From NCBI GenBank assembly GCA_965227515.1, contig CBDDFZ010000001.1:3840001-3904000 (forward strand): DNA of 64,000 bases, read 5' to 3'. How positions within the stretch are numbered: the first letter of the stretch is position 1; the number at the start of each line of letters is the position of its first letter. Position numbers and translations under genes: made by a program. This stretch comes from Alphaproteobacteria bacterium (GTDB taxonomy: Bacteria; Pseudomonadota; Alphaproteobacteria; CALKHQ01). Shown here in pieces: positions 12,879 to 24,821 of the stretch. The notes below the pieces were generated by a model, which was not told where the DNA came from, did no database searches, and saw nothing but the letters and a program-made list of their open reading frames with translations.

Positions 12879-13425
12879 GTCTTGGAACTTACAACGCCCC
12901 CAGTACCACCAACATGCACGACTTTGCCGTCTTGTCAATAACTGCACGGTTAAAATGAGTAATTACGGTGTTAGTAACTGTAACTCGAGGCCAAGCGAAA
13001 CGAAATTTAGCGAAGCCTTCCGGCGCAGAACCGACAGTTTGTTGCGTCGCCTAATGATAAAGCGAAGTCTGGCGTCGTGTTTGGGAGTTTATGGGGGACC
13101 TGAGCGGTACATGGTCCCAAATTGGCCCATGTCAAGTGCGGCAATGCATTCACCCGACCATTTGGGATACCATTCTCTTGCACTGATCGGACCATTGCTT
13201 CTGAGTCTTGCCGGCGGGTGGATGCGCCCACTGCGTGACGGCTCGCACCGGGATGCAGGCATGCGCACGCTCGCGGTCGCGCGCCACCATCCGCTTTCGG
13301 GGCATTTTCCGCTATATAGGGAGCCAACGACTCGCACCCAGCCGATGCACGCGACCGGTGGCCTCCATGGTCACGCCATCGCATCGGGCTCATGTCCATG
13401 TGCGACCACCGCTTGGAGATCGTGA

Positions 13426-13890
13426 ATGCGCTGTCCGTTCTGCGGCCATCTGGATACGCAAGTTAAGGACTCCCGGCCTACGGAAGACAACGCCGCCATT
13501 CGGCGGCGACGCTTCTGCGTCAATTGCGGGGCGCGCTTTACCACGTTCGAGCGCGTTCAGTTGCGTGAATTGACTGTCATCAAGTCCGGCGGTCACCGTG
13601 CGCCGTTCGAGCGCGACAAGCTGGAGCGATCGATCATGATCGCCCTGCGAAAGCGCCCAGTGGAGCAGCAGCGCATCGACCGCATCGTCAACGGTATCGT
13701 CAGGCGGCTGGAAAGCTCCGGCGAATCCGAGATCCGCTCGGAGATGATTGGCGAATGCGTCATGGATGCACTGCGCAGCCTCGACCCGGTCGCCTATGTT
13801 CGCTTCGCCTCGGTCTATCGCAACTTCCGCGAAGCGCGGGACTTCGAAGACTTCATCGATACCGAGCTGGCCGCCGCCGAACAGGACTGA
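13426..13890 (+). CDS. nrdR: Transcriptional repressor NrdR
   Basis: MRCPFC..DSR..RRRR.C..C..RFTTFE, ATP cone, [10 protein letters not shown]. Confidence 0.97.
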   Translation: MRCPFCGHLDTQVKDSRPTEDNAAIRRRRFCVNCGARFTTFERVQLRELTVIKSGGHRAPFERDKLERSIMIALRKRPVEQQRIDRIVNGIVRRLESSGESEIRSEMIGECVMDALRSLDPVAYVRFASVYRNFREARDFEDFIDTELAAAEQD

Positions 13891-13896
13891 CGACCG

Positions 13897-15036
13897 ATGT
13901 CGTCCGAGGGTGCTCCGTCGGCCGCGTTAAACGACGCCGACCGTCGTTACATGACGTTGGCCCTGCGCCTCGGCAGGCGCGGCCTGGGCGTGGTGGCGCC
14001 CAATCCGGCCGTCGGCTGCATCGTCGTCAACGATGGACGGATCGTCGGCCGCGGCTGGACCCAGCCCGGCGGGCGCCCCCATGCGGAGACCGAGGCGCTG
14101 GCCCGGGCCGGCGCTTCCGCCAGAGGTGCCACGGCCTATGTCACGCTGGAACCGTGCAGTCATCATGGCCAGACCCCGCCATGCGCGGACGCGCTGATCG
14201 CGGCTGGCGTGCGCCGCGTGGTGGTGGCCGTGGAGGACCCCGATCCGCGGGTCAGCGGCAGTGGGCTAGCCAAGCTGCGCGACGCCGGCATCGCGGTCGA
14301 TTGCGGCCTGATGGCGGACGAGGCCCGCGCCGCCAATGCAGGTTTTCTGTCGGCAATCTCCAACGGCCGTCCGTGGGTGACCGCCAAGGTCGCGTCGTCG
14401 CAGGACGGCGGCATCGCCACCGCGGGCGGCGAGAGCCAGTGGATCACGGGACCGGCGGCGCGGCGCGAGGGCCATCTGCTACGCGCGCGACACGACGCCA
14501 TCGCCGTCGGCAGTGCGACGGTGGCCGAGGACGACCCGTCATTGACGTGCCGCCTGGAAGGCTTGTCCTCCGCCTCGCCGATACGGGTGGTGTTCGACAG
14601 CCAGCTCCAAATCTCGCCGGACGCGACGCTGGTGACGACCGCGGCCAGCGTGCCGACCTGGATCGTCTGCACCGAGCGGGCCGACCGAGATCGTCATGCC
14701 AGGCTCGCCGGCGCCGGCGTCCGCGTGTTGCCGTGCGCGGCGCATGGCGCCCGCCCCTCCATACCGGATGCGCTGCGCCGTCTCGCCGCCGAGGGCGTGA
14801 CACGCCTGCTAGTGGAGGGTGGCGGCCGATTGCTGGCGAGCTTCCTGGCGGCCGACGCCATCGACGAGATCGTTTGGCTGCGCGCGCCGATGCTGTTGGG
14901 CGGCGATGCCCGGCCAGCGGTGGCAGCGCTGGCCCTGCCCACCCTGGCGGCGGCGCCCGCGTTCGAGCGCGTTTCGGCCCGTTCGGTGGCGGCCGACATC
15001 ATGGAGACCCTGCGCCGATTGCGCACGCCCGGTTGA
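13897..15036 (+). CDS. ribD: Riboflavin biosynthesis deaminase/reductase
   Basis: PNPAVGC, HAE, TLEPCSHHGQTPPC, SQWITG, LLVEGG. Confidence 0.96.
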   Translation: MSSEGAPSAALNDADRRYMTLALRLGRRGLGVVAPNPAVGCIVVNDGRIVGRGWTQPGGRPHAETEALARAGASARGATAYVTLEPCSHHGQTPPCADALIAAGVRRVVVAVEDPDPRVSGSGLAKLRDAGIAVDCGLMADEARAANAGFLSAISNGRPWVTAKVASSQDGGIATAGGESQWITGPAARREGHLLRARHDAIAVGSATVAEDDPSLTCRLEGLSSASPIRVVFDSQLQISPDATLVTTAASVPTWIVCTERADRDRHARLAGAGVRVLPCAAHGARPSIPDALRRLAAEGVTRLLVEGGGRLLASFLAADAIDEIVWLRAPMLLGGDARPAVAALALPTLAAAPAFERVSARSVAADIMETLRRLRTPG

Positions 15037-15078
15037 GCGGACTTTCCACGCCGCGGACAAATCGACTAGAACCCGGCC

Positions 15079-15699
15079 ATGTACACTGGCCTGATCACAG
15101 ACATCGCGCGTGTGCGCGCCATCGTACCCGGCGGCGTCACCCGTATCGAAGTCGCCTTCGACCACCCGATCCAGGGCATCGACCTGGGCGCGTCCATCGC
15201 GTTGAGCGGACCGTGTTTCACCGCGACCGAACTCGGTCCCGATTGGCTGGCCGTGGACGCCAGCAACGAGACCGTCGCGCGCACCACCATTGCCGGTTGG
15301 CAGGTTGGCACCAGGGTGAACTTCGAGCGCTCGCTGCGGATCGGCGACGAGTTGGGCGGGCATCTGGTCTCCGGCCACGTCGACGGCATCGCCGAGGTCG
15401 CGGACATCCGGCCGGACGGCGACAGTCACCGTTTCCGGTTTCGACTGCCCCGCGCGCTCGGCATCTTCGTTGCCGAGAAGGGCTCGATCACGGTCGACGG
15501 CGTCTCGCTGACCGTCAATGAGGTCGCCGACGACGGCGACCGGACGGTATTTGGCGTCAACATCATTCCCCACACCTTCGCCCACACCACATTCCCTGAC
15601 CGCAAGCCGGGCGATCCGGTTAACATTGAAATCGACATGGTTGCGCGTTACTTGCGACGTTGGCAGGACGCCGTCGACGCCCAGGCCGCCAATAGCTGA
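15079..15699 (+). CDS. ribE: Riboflavin synthase
   Basis: MYTGLI, GGHLVSGHVDG, KGSITVDGVSLTVN, VNIEID. Confidence 0.95.
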   Translation: MYTGLITDIARVRAIVPGGVTRIEVAFDHPIQGIDLGASIALSGPCFTATELGPDWLAVDASNETVARTTIAGWQVGTRVNFERSLRIGDELGGHLVSGHVDGIAEVADIRPDGDSHRFRFRLPRALGIFVAEKGSITVDGVSLTVNEVADDGDRTVFGVNIIPHTFAHTTFPDRKPGDPVNIEIDMVARYLRRWQDAVDAQAANS

Positions 15700-15713
15700 C
15701 CCAGAAAGCCCGC

Positions 15714-16169
15714 ATGGCCGAAAATCCAAAGATCCTGATCGTCGAGGCCCGTTTCTACGACGATATCGCAGACGACCTCGTTGCCGGCGCCATGCGCGTG
15801 CTGGAGGACGCCGGCGCCGAAGTGGAAAGATGCAGCGTGCCAGGCTCGTTCGAGCTGCCCGGCGCCATCTCCATCGCGTCCGCCAGCAACGAAACGCGGT
15901 TCGATGGCTACATCGCCCTTGGCTGCGTCATCCGTGGCGAGACGGACCACTATGACTATGTCTGCGACGCCACGGTGCGCGGGCTGCAGGACCTGGCGGT
16001 CAACAGCCGGCTCGCCATCGGGTTCGGCGTGCTGACCTGCGAGACGCGCGCCCAGGCGGAGGCGCGCGCCCGGCCCGGCGACCGTGACGCCGGCGGGAAG
16101 GCGGCCAAGGCGTGCCTGCGCATGATCAAGCTGCGCGATCTGTTCGGCGCGACACGGGCAGCGCAATGA
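15714..16169 (+). CDS. ribH: Lumazine synthase
   Basis: VPGSFELP, LGCVIRGETDHYDYV, GFGVLT. Confidence 0.96.
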   Translation: MAENPKILIVEARFYDDIADDLVAGAMRVLEDAGAEVERCSVPGSFELPGAISIASASNETRFDGYIALGCVIRGETDHYDYVCDATVRGLQDLAVNSRLAIGFGVLTCETRAQAEARARPGDRDAGGKAAKACLRMIKLRDLFGATRAAQ

Positions 16170-16738
16170 GCCACGACGACACGCCCACCCCCGCACCCAA
16201 GCGTCCGGCCGGCCGCAAGGGCGGCGCGCGTGCCCGCTCGCTGGCGCGGCTTGCCGCCGTGCAGGCCCTCTATCAGATCGACATCAACGCCGCACCCGTG
16301 GAGCGCGTGGTGTCGGAATTCCTGCTCGGCCGGCTGCAGGAGGATGTCGACGGCATCGCCTACGGTCCTGCGGACAAGACTCATTTCCTGGCCGTGGTGC
16401 GTGGGGTCAGCGGCGACCGGGCCGCCTGCGACGACATGATCCAAGCGGTCCTGAGCGATGCCTGGACGGTGGAGCGCCTGGAGCCGCTTGTCCGCGCGGT
16501 GCTGCGTGCCGGTGTTTATGAGATTGCCGAAATGAAGGCGGTGCCCACCCGCGTTGCGATCACCGAATATGTCGATATCGCCCACGCGTTTTTCAGCCAG
16601 CGCGAGCCGGCTCTGGTCAACGGCGTGCTCGACAAGGTGGGGCACGCCCTGTGGCCGGAGGCGTTCGAGCCTTCGTCCGGCGGTGGCTCGGAGTCGGGCC
16701 GAACCGACGGCAAGACCAGCGCACCGGCGGCGTCCTGA
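16166..16738 (+). CDS. nusB: Transcription antitermination factor NusB
   Basis: ARLAAVQALYQ, LRAGVYE, ITEYVDIAHAF, VNGVLD. Confidence 0.96.
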   Translation: MSHDDTPTPAPKRPAGRKGGARARSLARLAAVQALYQIDINAAPVERVVSEFLLGRLQEDVDGIAYGPADKTHFLAVVRGVSGDRAACDDMIQAVLSDAWTVERLEPLVRAVLRAGVYEIAEMKAVPTRVAITEYVDIAHAFFSQREPALVNGVLDKVGHALWPEAFEPSSGGGSESGRTDGKTSAPAAS

Positions 16739-16756
16739 CCCAGCCGCGCCAGCCGC

Positions 16757-17743
16757 ATGGCTTCCCCGCCGCATGAATTCGACCTGATCTCGACCTTCCT
16801 GGCACCGCTGGCCGGAGCGCCGGGCCTCGGCCTGCGCGACGATGCGGCGCTCTTCACGCCGCCACCGGGACACGACCTGGCCATGACCACCGACAGCCTG
16901 GTCGCAGGGCGGCACTTCTTCGCCGACGACCCGCCCGATGCCATTGCCGAGAAGGCGCTGGCCGTCAATCTGTCCGACCTGGCCGCCATGGGCGCGCGGC
17001 CGCTGGGCTACCTGCTCGCCGCGACCTTCCCCGCGCCGCCCGGCCGGGACTGGCTGACGGCGTTCTGCGACAGCCTGCGGGCCATGCAGCAACGCCATGC
17101 CGTCGAGCTGTGGGGTGGCGACACCACCACCGGAACCGAGAAGCTGGTGCTGGGCGTCACCGCCATCGGGGCGGTGCCCACGGGGTGCGCGCTCACCCGC
17201 TCGGGCGCGCGGCCGGGCGACCGGGTGTTCGTCTCCGGCACCATCGGCGACGCCTGCCTGGGGCTGGACCATCGGACCGGCAAGCTGGCGATCGACGACA
17301 CGGCAACGGCGCAGGCACTGGCACTGCGGCTGCATCGCCCGACGCCACGGCTCTCGGTCGGACAGGCGCTGCAGGGTCTCGCGACCGCGGCCGCCGACGT
17401 GTCCGACGGGCTGGTCGCCGATTTGGGCCACATCGCAAGCGCCTCCGCCGTGTCGATCGTCGTCGATGGCGACGCGGTGCCGCTGTCCGATGCCGCACGC
17501 GGCATCGTCGGCGACAACGACGCCATTCTGGCGCGCGTGCTGGGTGGCGGCGACGATTATGAGCTGGTGTTCTGCGTACCCCCCGCGCGCGCCGATGCGG
17601 TCGGGGCACTGGCACGTCGTCTCAACGTGCCGCTGACTGAAATCGGCCGGGTCGAGGACACCAAGGCGCAAGCGGGCACGGTTCGGGTGGTCCGCAACGG
17701 TCACCCCTTCACGATTGACGCCCCGGGCTTTCGGCACTTCTAA
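16757..17743 (+). CDS. thiL: Thiamine-monophosphate kinase
   Basis: EFDLI, DDAA, AVNLSDLAAMGA, GGDT, DVSDGL, GGDDYEL. Confidence 0.96.
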   Translation: MASPPHEFDLISTFLAPLAGAPGLGLRDDAALFTPPPGHDLAMTTDSLVAGRHFFADDPPDAIAEKALAVNLSDLAAMGARPLGYLLAATFPAPPGRDWLTAFCDSLRAMQQRHAVELWGGDTTTGTEKLVLGVTAIGAVPTGCALTRSGARPGDRVFVSGTIGDACLGLDHRTGKLAIDDTATAQALALRLHRPTPRLSVGQALQGLATAAADVSDGLVADLGHIASASAVSIVVDGDAVPLSDAARGIVGDNDAILARVLGGGDDYELVFCVPPARADAVGALARRLNVPLTEIGRVEDTKAQAGTVRVVRNGHPFTIDAPGFRHF

Positions 17744-17829
17744 AGTTTCTCGCGTCGCTCAGCTTCGACTTAACGGAACCTTGAGCGTCGCCCGGCATAC
17801 TGAGGCCCACGCCCAGCGGGTCAGGTCGG

Positions 17830-18288
17830 ATGAAGAAGAAGAAGCTCATTTTGATTGGTGGACTGGTGCTCGCGCTCGGCGGCGGCGGCGCCTATATGTC
17901 CGGCGTTCTGGGCGGCACCGACACGACTGAAGAAGGCGCCGTTGAGGAAGTGGTGGAGGAAGCGCCGCCGGAAACCACCTTCGTTGAGCTGGACGAGATC
18001 TCGCTCTCGATCATTCGTCGCGGCAAGCTGACCGACATTGTCCACCTGGACCTGACCCTTGAGGCGAACCTCGAATCGGCGGCACTGGTCCTTCAGAACA
18101 TGGCGTTGCTGCGCGATCGCATCCAGCTCGCGCTGATGGCCAACCTGGAGCAGCGGATCGGCCAGGACGTCCCGCTGGTCGATATTCCGGAGATCAAGTC
18201 GACCATCATGGGCCTGGGCGCTCGCATCTTCGGCGAGGGCGTGATCCTTGACGTCCACCTGCTGGAAGACTGGCACGAGCATTTCTAG
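17830..18288 (+). CDS. FliL-like single-pass membrane protein
   Basis: KKKKLILIGG..GGGGAY N-terminal anchor, acidic linker, TFVELDEISL, LLRDRI. Confidence 0.6.
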   Translation: MKKKKLILIGGLVLALGGGGAYMSGVLGGTDTTEEGAVEEVVEEAPPETTFVELDEISLSIIRRGKLTDIVHLDLTLEANLESAALVLQNMALLRDRIQLALMANLEQRIGQDVPLVDIPEIKSTIMGLGARIFGEGVILDVHLLEDWHEHF

Positions 18289-18306
18289 CTCGCCGACCAC
18301 GACAAC

Positions 18307-18798
18307 CTACCGTTCCTGTATTCGCGCGTAGGCCAGCGACGCATAAAGCGCCTCGACCGCATCCTGGAATGACAGGTTCGGGTTGCCGATGCACCAGTCG
18401 CGCAGGAATTCCAGCTGCTGGCCGTGGTCGAACGTGTCGGGTTGCAGGTCCGCCACCCGCCCACCGGTTTGGTCAAGCGCAAGGTTGCGGTGGCTCATAT
18501 AGCCCTGGGCCCAGTGCAGCATGCCCTGGAAGGTCGTCCAATAGGCCGACTCCGAGTCCAGCCCCAGTGACTGATAGAACCGGAAGTTCTCGTTGAACCG
18601 GCGGGTGATCGCCAGGCACGACATGGTGCCCAGGCCGACGACCCGTTGCGGCGGCTGCACGGTCGGTGGCGGCGTCACCGGCGCTGCTGGCTGATCGGCG
18701 CCCTCCTCCTGCGCCTCGGCATCCGGCGCATCGCCGTCTTGCGCGACCGCGACCGGCACGGCGGCAAACCAGAGCCCGACGGCCGCACCCGCGACCAT
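18307..18798 (-). CDS. Secreted hypothetical protein (two-Cys helical domain)
   Basis: Signal-like N-terminus; GLGTMSC..WAQGYMS..WCIGNP..AV pattern; start uncertain. Confidence 0.6.
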   Translation of the reverse strand: MVAGAAVGLWFAAVPVAVAQDGDAPDAEAQEEGADQPAAPVTPPPTVQPPQRVVGLGTMSCLAITRRFNENFRFYQSLGLDSESAYWTTFQGMLHWAQGYMSHRNLALDQTGGRVADLQPDTFDHGQQLEFLRDWCIGNPNLSFQDAVEALYASLAYARIQER

Positions 18799-19216
18799 GC
18801 CGCTGGCCCGCGCCCAACGCCTGCGTGGCGCAGCCTGTCGCGCCGCCTGCTGGCGAACCTTTTCCAGGTCCTTGTCCTCCCAATTTGCGCCTGCCGCGCG
18901 GGCGCGACGCAGTATGAACTGCAAAATGCAAAATTACAGGCCCGCGTGGCCGCCTCTCAATAAATTGCAGCGCCGGAATGGGCCGTTTTCAAGGCGTTGG
19001 CGGCCTGGCCCGGGCTGGCACACCCGTTGCTCATGGAACTCCAACGTGCGGGACAAGGCAGACCCACACTATCGGCCGTTGCCCCCCTCTGACTCCATTA
19101 TTAGGAGTCCGGCCGAGCGGCGGTCGCACTGGCCCAACCGGTGCGGCCGCCACCCCTCCCCTGCCTGCTCAATTGCCCTATATGTCGCGGTGCGATTATT
19201 GGCATCGGGGCACCTC

Positions 19217-20059
19217 ATGAGTACGTCACCGGCATTGACCGATTGGGACACCGATCGCGGCCACAAGTGGCGCGCCCAGTTGATCCCCATCGAGGCCACG
19301 CTGGCCCCGGTCGACGGGCCGCTGATCGAGGCCCTGTCTTTGGACGTGCCGTGCCGGATTGCCGACATCGGCTGCGGCAGCGGCGGGACCACCCGCGCGA
19401 TAGCGCAGCGCGCGCCCGCCGGCAGCGTGGTGCATGGTCTCGACATTTCCCCGGACCTGATCGAGGCCGCACGCGCCCGCACCCCGGCCGAGGCCGGAGA
19501 TATCGCGTTCCACGTGGCCGACATGGAGACCGCCGCGCCCCCGCCGGTGCCCTACGATCGGCTGACGTCGCGCTTCGGCATCATGTTTTTCCAGAACCCC
19601 ACGACCGCGTTTGCGAACGTCGCGCAATGGCTGGCGCCAGGCGGCCGGTTCGCGTTCGCCGCCTGGGCACCGCCGAAGGACAACCCGTGGATGGCGTGCA
19701 TGCGCGAGGCGGTGGCCAAGGTCGTGGAGGTGCCGAAATCCGACCCCGACGCGCCGGGTGCGTTCCGCTATGCGTCGGCGGACGGCCTTGTCTGCCTGCT
19801 CGAGACAGCGGGATTTGGCAACGTTCAGGTCATCGACTGGCGGGGGGACGTGCCGGTGGGCGGGTCACTGCCGCCGGAAGACGCTGCCGCGTTCTCGCTG
19901 GCCGCATTCTCCATCGGCGAGGCGCTGCACGGCGCCGACGACGATGCCCGCCGGGAAGCGCACCGCCTGCTGGCGGCGCACTTCGCAGGCCACTACCGCG
20001 ATGGCGCGGTGCGCATGGGCGCGCGCGTGCACCTGGTCACCGGCACCCGTCCGCAATAG
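19217..20059 (+). CDS. Class I SAM-dependent methyltransferase
   Basis: ADIGCGSG, GLDIS, SRFGIMFF, LAPGGRF. Confidence 0.92.
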   Translation: MSTSPALTDWDTDRGHKWRAQLIPIEATLAPVDGPLIEALSLDVPCRIADIGCGSGGTTRAIAQRAPAGSVVHGLDISPDLIEAARARTPAEAGDIAFHVADMETAAPPPVPYDRLTSRFGIMFFQNPTTAFANVAQWLAPGGRFAFAAWAPPKDNPWMACMREAVAKVVEVPKSDPDAPGAFRYASADGLVCLLETAGFGNVQVIDWRGDVPVGGSLPPEDAAAFSLAAFSIGEALHGADDDARREAHRLLAAHFAGHYRDGAVRMGARVHLVTGTRPQ

Positions 20060-20087
20060 ACAAACGAACTGCCGAGCGCGCCGGCGG

Positions 20088-20606
20088 CTATTGCTGCGCG
20101 AGCCGCTCCAGTGGCGGATAGCCCTTGTAGGCCCAACGGATGATCGCCTCGTTGGTCGCCGGGCCCTGCAGCCCGTCGATGCTGGCGGAGTAGAAGCCGA
20201 GCTGGTTCATCCAGCCTTGCCATTTGGCCACCATCTGGTGGTCCATCGACATCGACGTCGCCGCATCCTCGATCGCCAGTTCGGATTCGCCGATCTCGCG
20301 ATACGCCATCGACCGGTTGGCATAGGCCGTCGCCAGGTGCGGTGCGAGCTCGATCGCCGCCGAGTACTCGTCGATCGCCGGCTGGTAATAGCCGAGGCGC
20401 GCGTACGCATAACCCTGGTTGTGATGCCGGAGCGCATTCTGCAGGGAATCGCCCGCAGCACCGTAAACGCCCAGAGGGGCGTGGTTTTCCTGGGCCAGCA
20501 CAGGCGTGACGCCAGCCAGCCCGACACCGGCGATCAGCGCAAACGCCGTAACCCGCGACCAAGCAAAGCTTCGCCCGTCGCGCCGCCGCGAAACAAATGT
20601 ACGCAA
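20088..20606 (-). CDS. Secreted TPR-repeat protein
   Basis: Signal peptide; TPRs HNQGYAYARLGYYQPAIDEYSAAIELAP and AYANRSMAY; TTG start after GGAGG. Confidence 0.75.
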   Translation of the reverse strand: MRTFVSRRRDGRSFAWSRVTAFALIAGVGLAGVTPVLAQENHAPLGVYGAAGDSLQNALRHHNQGYAYARLGYYQPAIDEYSAAIELAPHLATAYANRSMAYREIGESELAIEDAATSMSMDHQMVAKWQGWMNQLGFYSASIDGLQGPATNEAIIRWAYKGYPPLERLAQQ

Positions 20607-20640
20607 GGCCCCCCTCCGTACTTCCGTTGTGATTCGTTCG

Positions 20641-20656
20641 GTTAACATGACCTTAG
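20641..20656 (-). promoter_or_regulatory. CtrA-type site (1 mismatch)
   Basis: GTTAA-CATGACC-TTAG upstream of the TPR gene. Confidence 0.45.
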
Positions 20657-20833
20657 TGCGACATATCGTCAATTCCTGACCCAGAAATTAAGGTCGCCGC
20701 ACCAGACTTGCCGGTCCGGTTGCGTCCCACATCGCTTTCTGGCAATGTCCGCGCGCTTCACGTCAGGGCCGGCACCGCAATTGGCGCGGATTGCCGTGCG
20801 TCGCATGCTCAAGCAATCAGGAGATATAGAAGA

Positions 20834-22963
<2,130 letters not shown>

Positions 22964-22981
22964 CAGGGATCCCACTTCGCG

Positions 22982-23023
22982 AAACGACGGCCGCCGGCAC
23001 ACCACCGGCGGCCGTTTTCGTTT
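22982..23023. terminator. Probable bidirectional terminator
   Basis: AAACGACGGCCGCCGG-CACACCA-CCGGCGGCCGTTTTCGTTT after hppA. Confidence 0.75.
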
Positions 23024-23268
23024 CCGCGGTCGGCCGATGTACCCGCAAGAGGCCCAATAGCCAGCGGCACGTTCGGCGCAGCCGGGGGAACATCGGCTGG
23101 CCCAGCGCATACAGCTCGTCCTCCGACATCGTCCTGGCGTTGCGCGCCCTGGTGGCTTCGGCCACCACATATCCCAGCATCACATCCATGTGCAGCTCCG
23201 TTGTTTTGCGAAACTGCATGTTAGGGGCGTCCAATGGTCGGTTGCAGCGGCCGGGTTTCGAATATATC

Positions 23269-23282
23269 TTTCAAAAATGAAA
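23269..23282. promoter_or_regulatory. LysR-type T-N11-A palindrome overlapping the lysR start
   Basis: TTTCA-AAAA-TGAAA. Confidence 0.5.
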
Positions 23283-24161
23283 AACCTGCCGTGGGATGGC
23301 TTGCAGGCCTTCGCGCTGGTCGCGCGGCTGGGCGGGCTAACCGGCGCCGCCAAGGCGCTCGATGTGAGTCCCGCCACCGTCGGCCGCCGCATGCTGAAGC
23401 TGGAGACGCAGGTCGGCCGCCACCTGTTCGTGCGCAGCCAGACCGGCTACACGCTGACCGACGATGGCGCGGCGCTGTTCGCCCACGTCCGGGCGATGGA
23501 GGCCCAGACCCACCCGATCGGCGCCTGGCTGGGCGAAGAGGGCAGCCAACCGCTGGTGCGGCTTTCCGCCGGCAGTTGGACCGCGCGGTTCTTCACCACC
23601 AATTTCAGCCGGCTCTGGTCGCGCCGGGATCCGTTCCGGATCGCGCTGAAGACCACCGAGGCACGCCTGGACATCGCGCACCGGGAGGTCGAGATCGGGG
23701 TCCGGAACCTGCGCCCGGACACACCGGGGCTCGCCGCCCGCCGCGCCGCCGAGGTCGCATTCGCGCCGTTCCGGGCACGCGGCGGCCGACAGGGCGCGGA
23801 CGACGACTGGGTCGCCATCGGGTCGGACGAGGCCGTGACCCGCTCGTCGCGCTGGGTCAACCGCCAGCCGGGGCTCAACATCGTCGCCTGGGCGAACTCG
23901 CCGCGCACCCTCTGCGACCTGATCCGTGCCGGCGTCGGCAAGAGCGTGCTGCCCTGCTTCGCCGGCGACATCGACCCGCTGCTGGAGCGTGCCGGCGACA
24001 CCATCGACGAGCTGCAGGAAACCCAGTGGATCGTGATGCACAACGACGACCGCCACCGCGCGGAAGTGCGCACGGTCATCGACCGTGTCGCGGCGCTGGT
24101 GGAGGAGCACACCGCCCTGTTCGCCGGCCAGCGGCCGATCGGCGGCGCGGTCGCGCGCTGA
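23277..24161 (+). CDS. LysR-family transcriptional regulator
   Basis: WDGLQAF..GGLTGAAKALDVSPATVGRR..LE HTH; REVEIGVR. Confidence 0.93.
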   Translation: MKNLPWDGLQAFALVARLGGLTGAAKALDVSPATVGRRMLKLETQVGRHLFVRSQTGYTLTDDGAALFAHVRAMEAQTHPIGAWLGEEGSQPLVRLSAGSWTARFFTTNFSRLWSRRDPFRIALKTTEARLDIAHREVEIGVRNLRPDTPGLAARRAAEVAFAPFRARGGRQGADDDWVAIGSDEAVTRSSRWVNRQPGLNIVAWANSPRTLCDLIRAGVGKSVLPCFAGDIDPLLERAGDTIDELQETQWIVMHNDDRHRAEVRTVIDRVAALVEEHTALFAGQRPIGGAVAR

Positions 24162-24283
24162 TCGCTTACACCCAGCAACACACCGGCACGAAAATGTCCC
24201 AGTGCCCCAACGGTTTGGTCACATTCTTTCGATAGACCTGCACGCCATTGGGAACATCTGGCAGCAAGCAGGGGCATCGCGGC

Positions 24284-24721
24284 ATGGCGCGCTACAACGA
24301 CGACCTGGTGGTCGAGAAGCTTCGGGAACACTTGGAACCCGGCGAGGAACTGAAGAACTACGCCTATGGCGTGAAGCAACCCGATATGTGGCTGCTGGTG
24401 CTGCTGATCGCGCTGGCGATCCTGCCGGGCCTTATCGCCGTCGCGTTGATGACCAAGGAATACATCGTCGGCCTGACCGACCGGCGCTTCATCGTGCTCC
24501 GCGTCAAGGGTGGCAAGGCCGAGGTGCAAGAGGTGCAGTCCTTCGACCTGTCGAACCTGCCGGCCGTGAAGGCCAGCACCGGCGGCATCTTCACCCACAT
24601 CCGCATCAACGGCGCGCCCAAGCCCTTCATCGCCAAGTTCCACCGGATGGGCATGAAGGAGAACCGGCGCAACGGCCAGGAGATCGAGGCCGCGCTGATG
24701 GCGGCCGCGCCGGCAGCGTAA
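24284..24721 (+). CDS. Hypothetical membrane-anchored protein (bacterial PH-like)
   Basis: LEPGEEL, hydrophobic hairpin, IVGLTDRRFIV; host-like codon usage. Confidence 0.7.
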   Translation: MARYNDDLVVEKLREHLEPGEELKNYAYGVKQPDMWLLVLLIALAILPGLIAVALMTKEYIVGLTDRRFIVLRVKGGKAEVQEVQSFDLSNLPAVKASTGGIFTHIRINGAPKPFIAKFHRMGMKENRRNGQEIEAALMAAAPAA

Positions 24722-24821
24722 TGCTGCAGGCTCCGAAGCAAAACGTGATCCGCCGATGGCTTGCGGCGGCTCCGGCGTTGGCGCATGTTCGCGCATCGTC
24801 ACATTGGTTGGGGGACTCGCC

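Noticed and set aside
12781-13425. 214-aa plus-strand ORF upstream of nrdR
   Set aside because: Overlaps mucR antisense, atypical composition, no motifs.
15956-17737. 593-aa minus-strand ORF
   Set aside because: Antisense to ribH-nusB-thiL; no motifs.
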